DNA from: Macrostomum hystrix
Lineage: Eukaryota; Animalia; Platyhelminthes
DNA: 64,000 bases
Direction of reading: 5' to 3'
Assembly (NCBI GenBank): GCA_950097015.1
Contig: CATNEN010000041.1
Coordinates: forward strand, 806,001-870,000
Part shown: positions 61,694 to 64,000 of the stretch, one piece after another
Layout: each line of letters begins with the position of its first letter
Position numbering within the stretch: position 1 is the stretch's first letter
Position numbers and translations under genes: made by a program
Notes under the pieces: model-generated
Databases searched by the model: none
Told to the model about the DNA's origin: nothing
Seen by the model: only the letters and a program-made list of their open reading frames with translations

Positions 61694-61967
61694 TGCTAAT
61701 AGAAGAGAAAAAATGTTAAGTTGCAATCGGGGTCAGTATAGGCACTGCATAAGTTGAAATTTGGTTAGCCAAGTCTGTTCTATGAAATATTACCAAGTAT
61801 GCTTTGACTCTTCTTTATTCTTGAAGCATGAGGTAGGCGCCATTCTGCACGGGATTCTACTGTATTCCTTAGTTCGGACTTGATATTGTTTTTTTCTGCT
61901 CAAAAATCGGATCGGCAGTCAGTCAGTCAGCGGATGCGGACTCTCGGGTGGTCCTATTGCACCCCAC

Positions 61968-62555
61968 TTACTTACTTACTTACTTTGCAGGGGGGCCTGG
62001 GGCACCTGACGCACAGACACAGGAACGGCATGCCCCCAGGCCGGCGAACTAGGCGAAAGCCGCCCATCGCGCCGCCTCCCCTGAGCAGGCACCTCACACA
62101 CACACAGCAGCAAGCCAAGCGGGGAAGGGGGCGGCAGCCGGAGTGCCTCTCACCCCAGGCCCGCACACGCACAGAGCAGACCAAGCCGGGAAGGCTGATA
62201 GAAATCAGTCCTCAGGGGGGGCCGGGTGGCGAGTGTACACTTTATCCAATCGCGCTGACGGAAATCCAAATGAGCGCGCGGCGGTGTACACCCGCCCCCC
62301 AGCCACCCCCCGCAAGGTCTCAAGCCCCAGCGCCAACGCACATAACTCATACAACGCAGAACAGGCACACAGAAGGTAGGAGCGAAGCTATTTTTCAAGC
62401 TTTGATTGCACGAAATATGGTGCACCTCCGCCGGTCGCTACTGTCCGAACCCCCCGAACAAGTACCGAAATTAATCGTGACTTGAAGGGTGAATCGAACT
62501 AGCGTCCTTTGGAGTGCGAGGCAGCGACGTTAGCCGCTGACCCCACTCGCCCCTT
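61968..62555 (-). mobile_element. tRNA-derived SINE (~590 bp) with 13-bp target-site duplication
   Basis: Minus-strand head GGGGCGAGTGGGGTCAGCGG...GTTCGATTC; (TAAG)n tail; TSD tattgcaccccac at 61955-61967 and 62556-62568. Confidence 0.88.
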
Positions 62556-62721
62556 TATTGCACCCCACAATGTCACATTCATTATATGGCGATTGGCTTT
62601 ATTGATATTTTAACTTTGTTCGCATCTTTAACGGTCATAATAAAACAACTGACCAACTTTGCTGAGCTGAGCTGAATCTTGTCCGATTGCTGACCTTCAA
62701 GTGTTTTAATTGCGTCACTCC

Positions 62722-62980
62722 AACATCCCGTCACTCGGACGTCCCATCACTCGGACATCCCATCACTTGGACATCCCATCACTCGGACATCCCATCACTC
62801 GGACGTCCCATCACTCGGACATCCCATCACTCGGACGTCCCATCACTCGGACGTCCCATCACTCGGTCATCCCATCACTCGGACATCCCATCACTCGGAC
62901 ATCCCATCACTCGGACATCCCATCACTCGGACATCCCATCACTCGGACGTCCCATCACTCGGACATCCCGTCACTCGGAC
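62722..62980. repeat. 16-bp minisatellite (catcccatcactcgga)
   Basis: Direct periodicity. Confidence 0.95.
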
Positions 62981-64000
62981 TCAGTCAGGCACTCAAAAAG
63001 TACACAAAATGACAAGCCACAAGTGGAAAAGCTTCTCTCTCTTGACAAGCCTATGTTTCTGTTATTTCATGTTGTCCAAACTTATCTGCGGGTGCTTCGC
63101 CTTGAATTCTTGCCGCATTCTTGGCCAGTTATAAATTTCCTCAGAAAAATAAGTCAGGAGAATGTTCCAGGTGAACACAAGGCAGGTGAGCTTCTCGGGT
63201 CTCTCAGCCGCAGTACACGGGAGCGCAGCCCCATAAATGAACAAGACATCAATTTCCCGGCAGGCAGGAAGCGGCTTGGACTTCCCTCGACCAGTCAGCG
63301 GCTCTCAATCTCTGTCCTCCCAGGCTCTAGTTGTGCTGCTCTGCGCCGTGAATTGCGGGCCTGCCAAGGCAAAATCTGCATGGCTATCGCGTTACGCAGC
63401 TGCTTAACCCCCCAACCCGCAATATAAACCAGCGATCAATAGGCAGACACAAATAATGTCCAGCCTGGGGCTCTTGGAGTGGCCTGCGAGCGTCTCGCAG
63501 CTGCTCCAATCCGTTGCTGGGGGAGGGGCTCTCGAACTATAGACGGACAAGTGTGAGTGTTACTGGGAAAGCTGGCGGGCATAGTGTAACGAGTGTAGAG
63601 GAGACTGGACGGTGTGAGAATCAGGCCGTAGCCATGTGTGGGAGCTGCAGGTATTCGCTGCACACGGGGGAGCTAAGGCCTGTCACGCTGGGGTGAGGGG
63701 CTAATCAGGCACTGACAGCCGGCCTGTCAGGCCCGCAGCCTGTTTGCTTTCCTTCTGTCTGGGCGCTGTTTGATCCCCTTGTAATTAATTTGTTTGCTCC
63801 AGCCGCACAACCGAAAGCCGGCACTAATCTGCAGGGACCTTCGCCCGTGACTGATGGACCGCACGCTTGCTTGACAATTCGGATCAACTGCATGGCTTGC
63901 AACCTCGCCGATTCGATTGAGATGTGGTCTGACGCACAAATATTTTAGTTTTGCAGGCATTCATGGCGTAGATTAACCTCGTATGTTAGTAGTAGAGCAG

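Overview
Eukaryotic (metazoan) genomic DNA, not prokaryotic: GC-rich multi-exon genes with GT-AG introns, AT-rich spacers and many unrelated minisatellites. The style suggests a flatworm such as Macrostomum, but that is inference only. Left half: 1-9873 is repeated at 19248-28574, consistent with a ~19-kb tandem segmental duplication whose junction lies at 9869-9873. It contains a Slo/BK-family K+ channel (S4 to C-terminus only, Ca2+ sensors lost), an 11-exon minus-strand gene that appears to fuse a MIF4G-like helical domain to a class I SAM methyltransferase, a pseudogenised paralogous methyltransferase in both copies, and a secreted PAN-mucin-ALK/LTK glycine-rich protein. Right half: PP1 inhibitor-2, KDM4, a PDZ-LIM protein, PDE1, an internally deleted Ty3/Gypsy element inside a minisatellite, and tRNA-derived SINEs (four copies in the window). 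Gene models were built by hand from splice sites and reading-frame phase. All homology calls are by-eye motif recognition; no database search was run.
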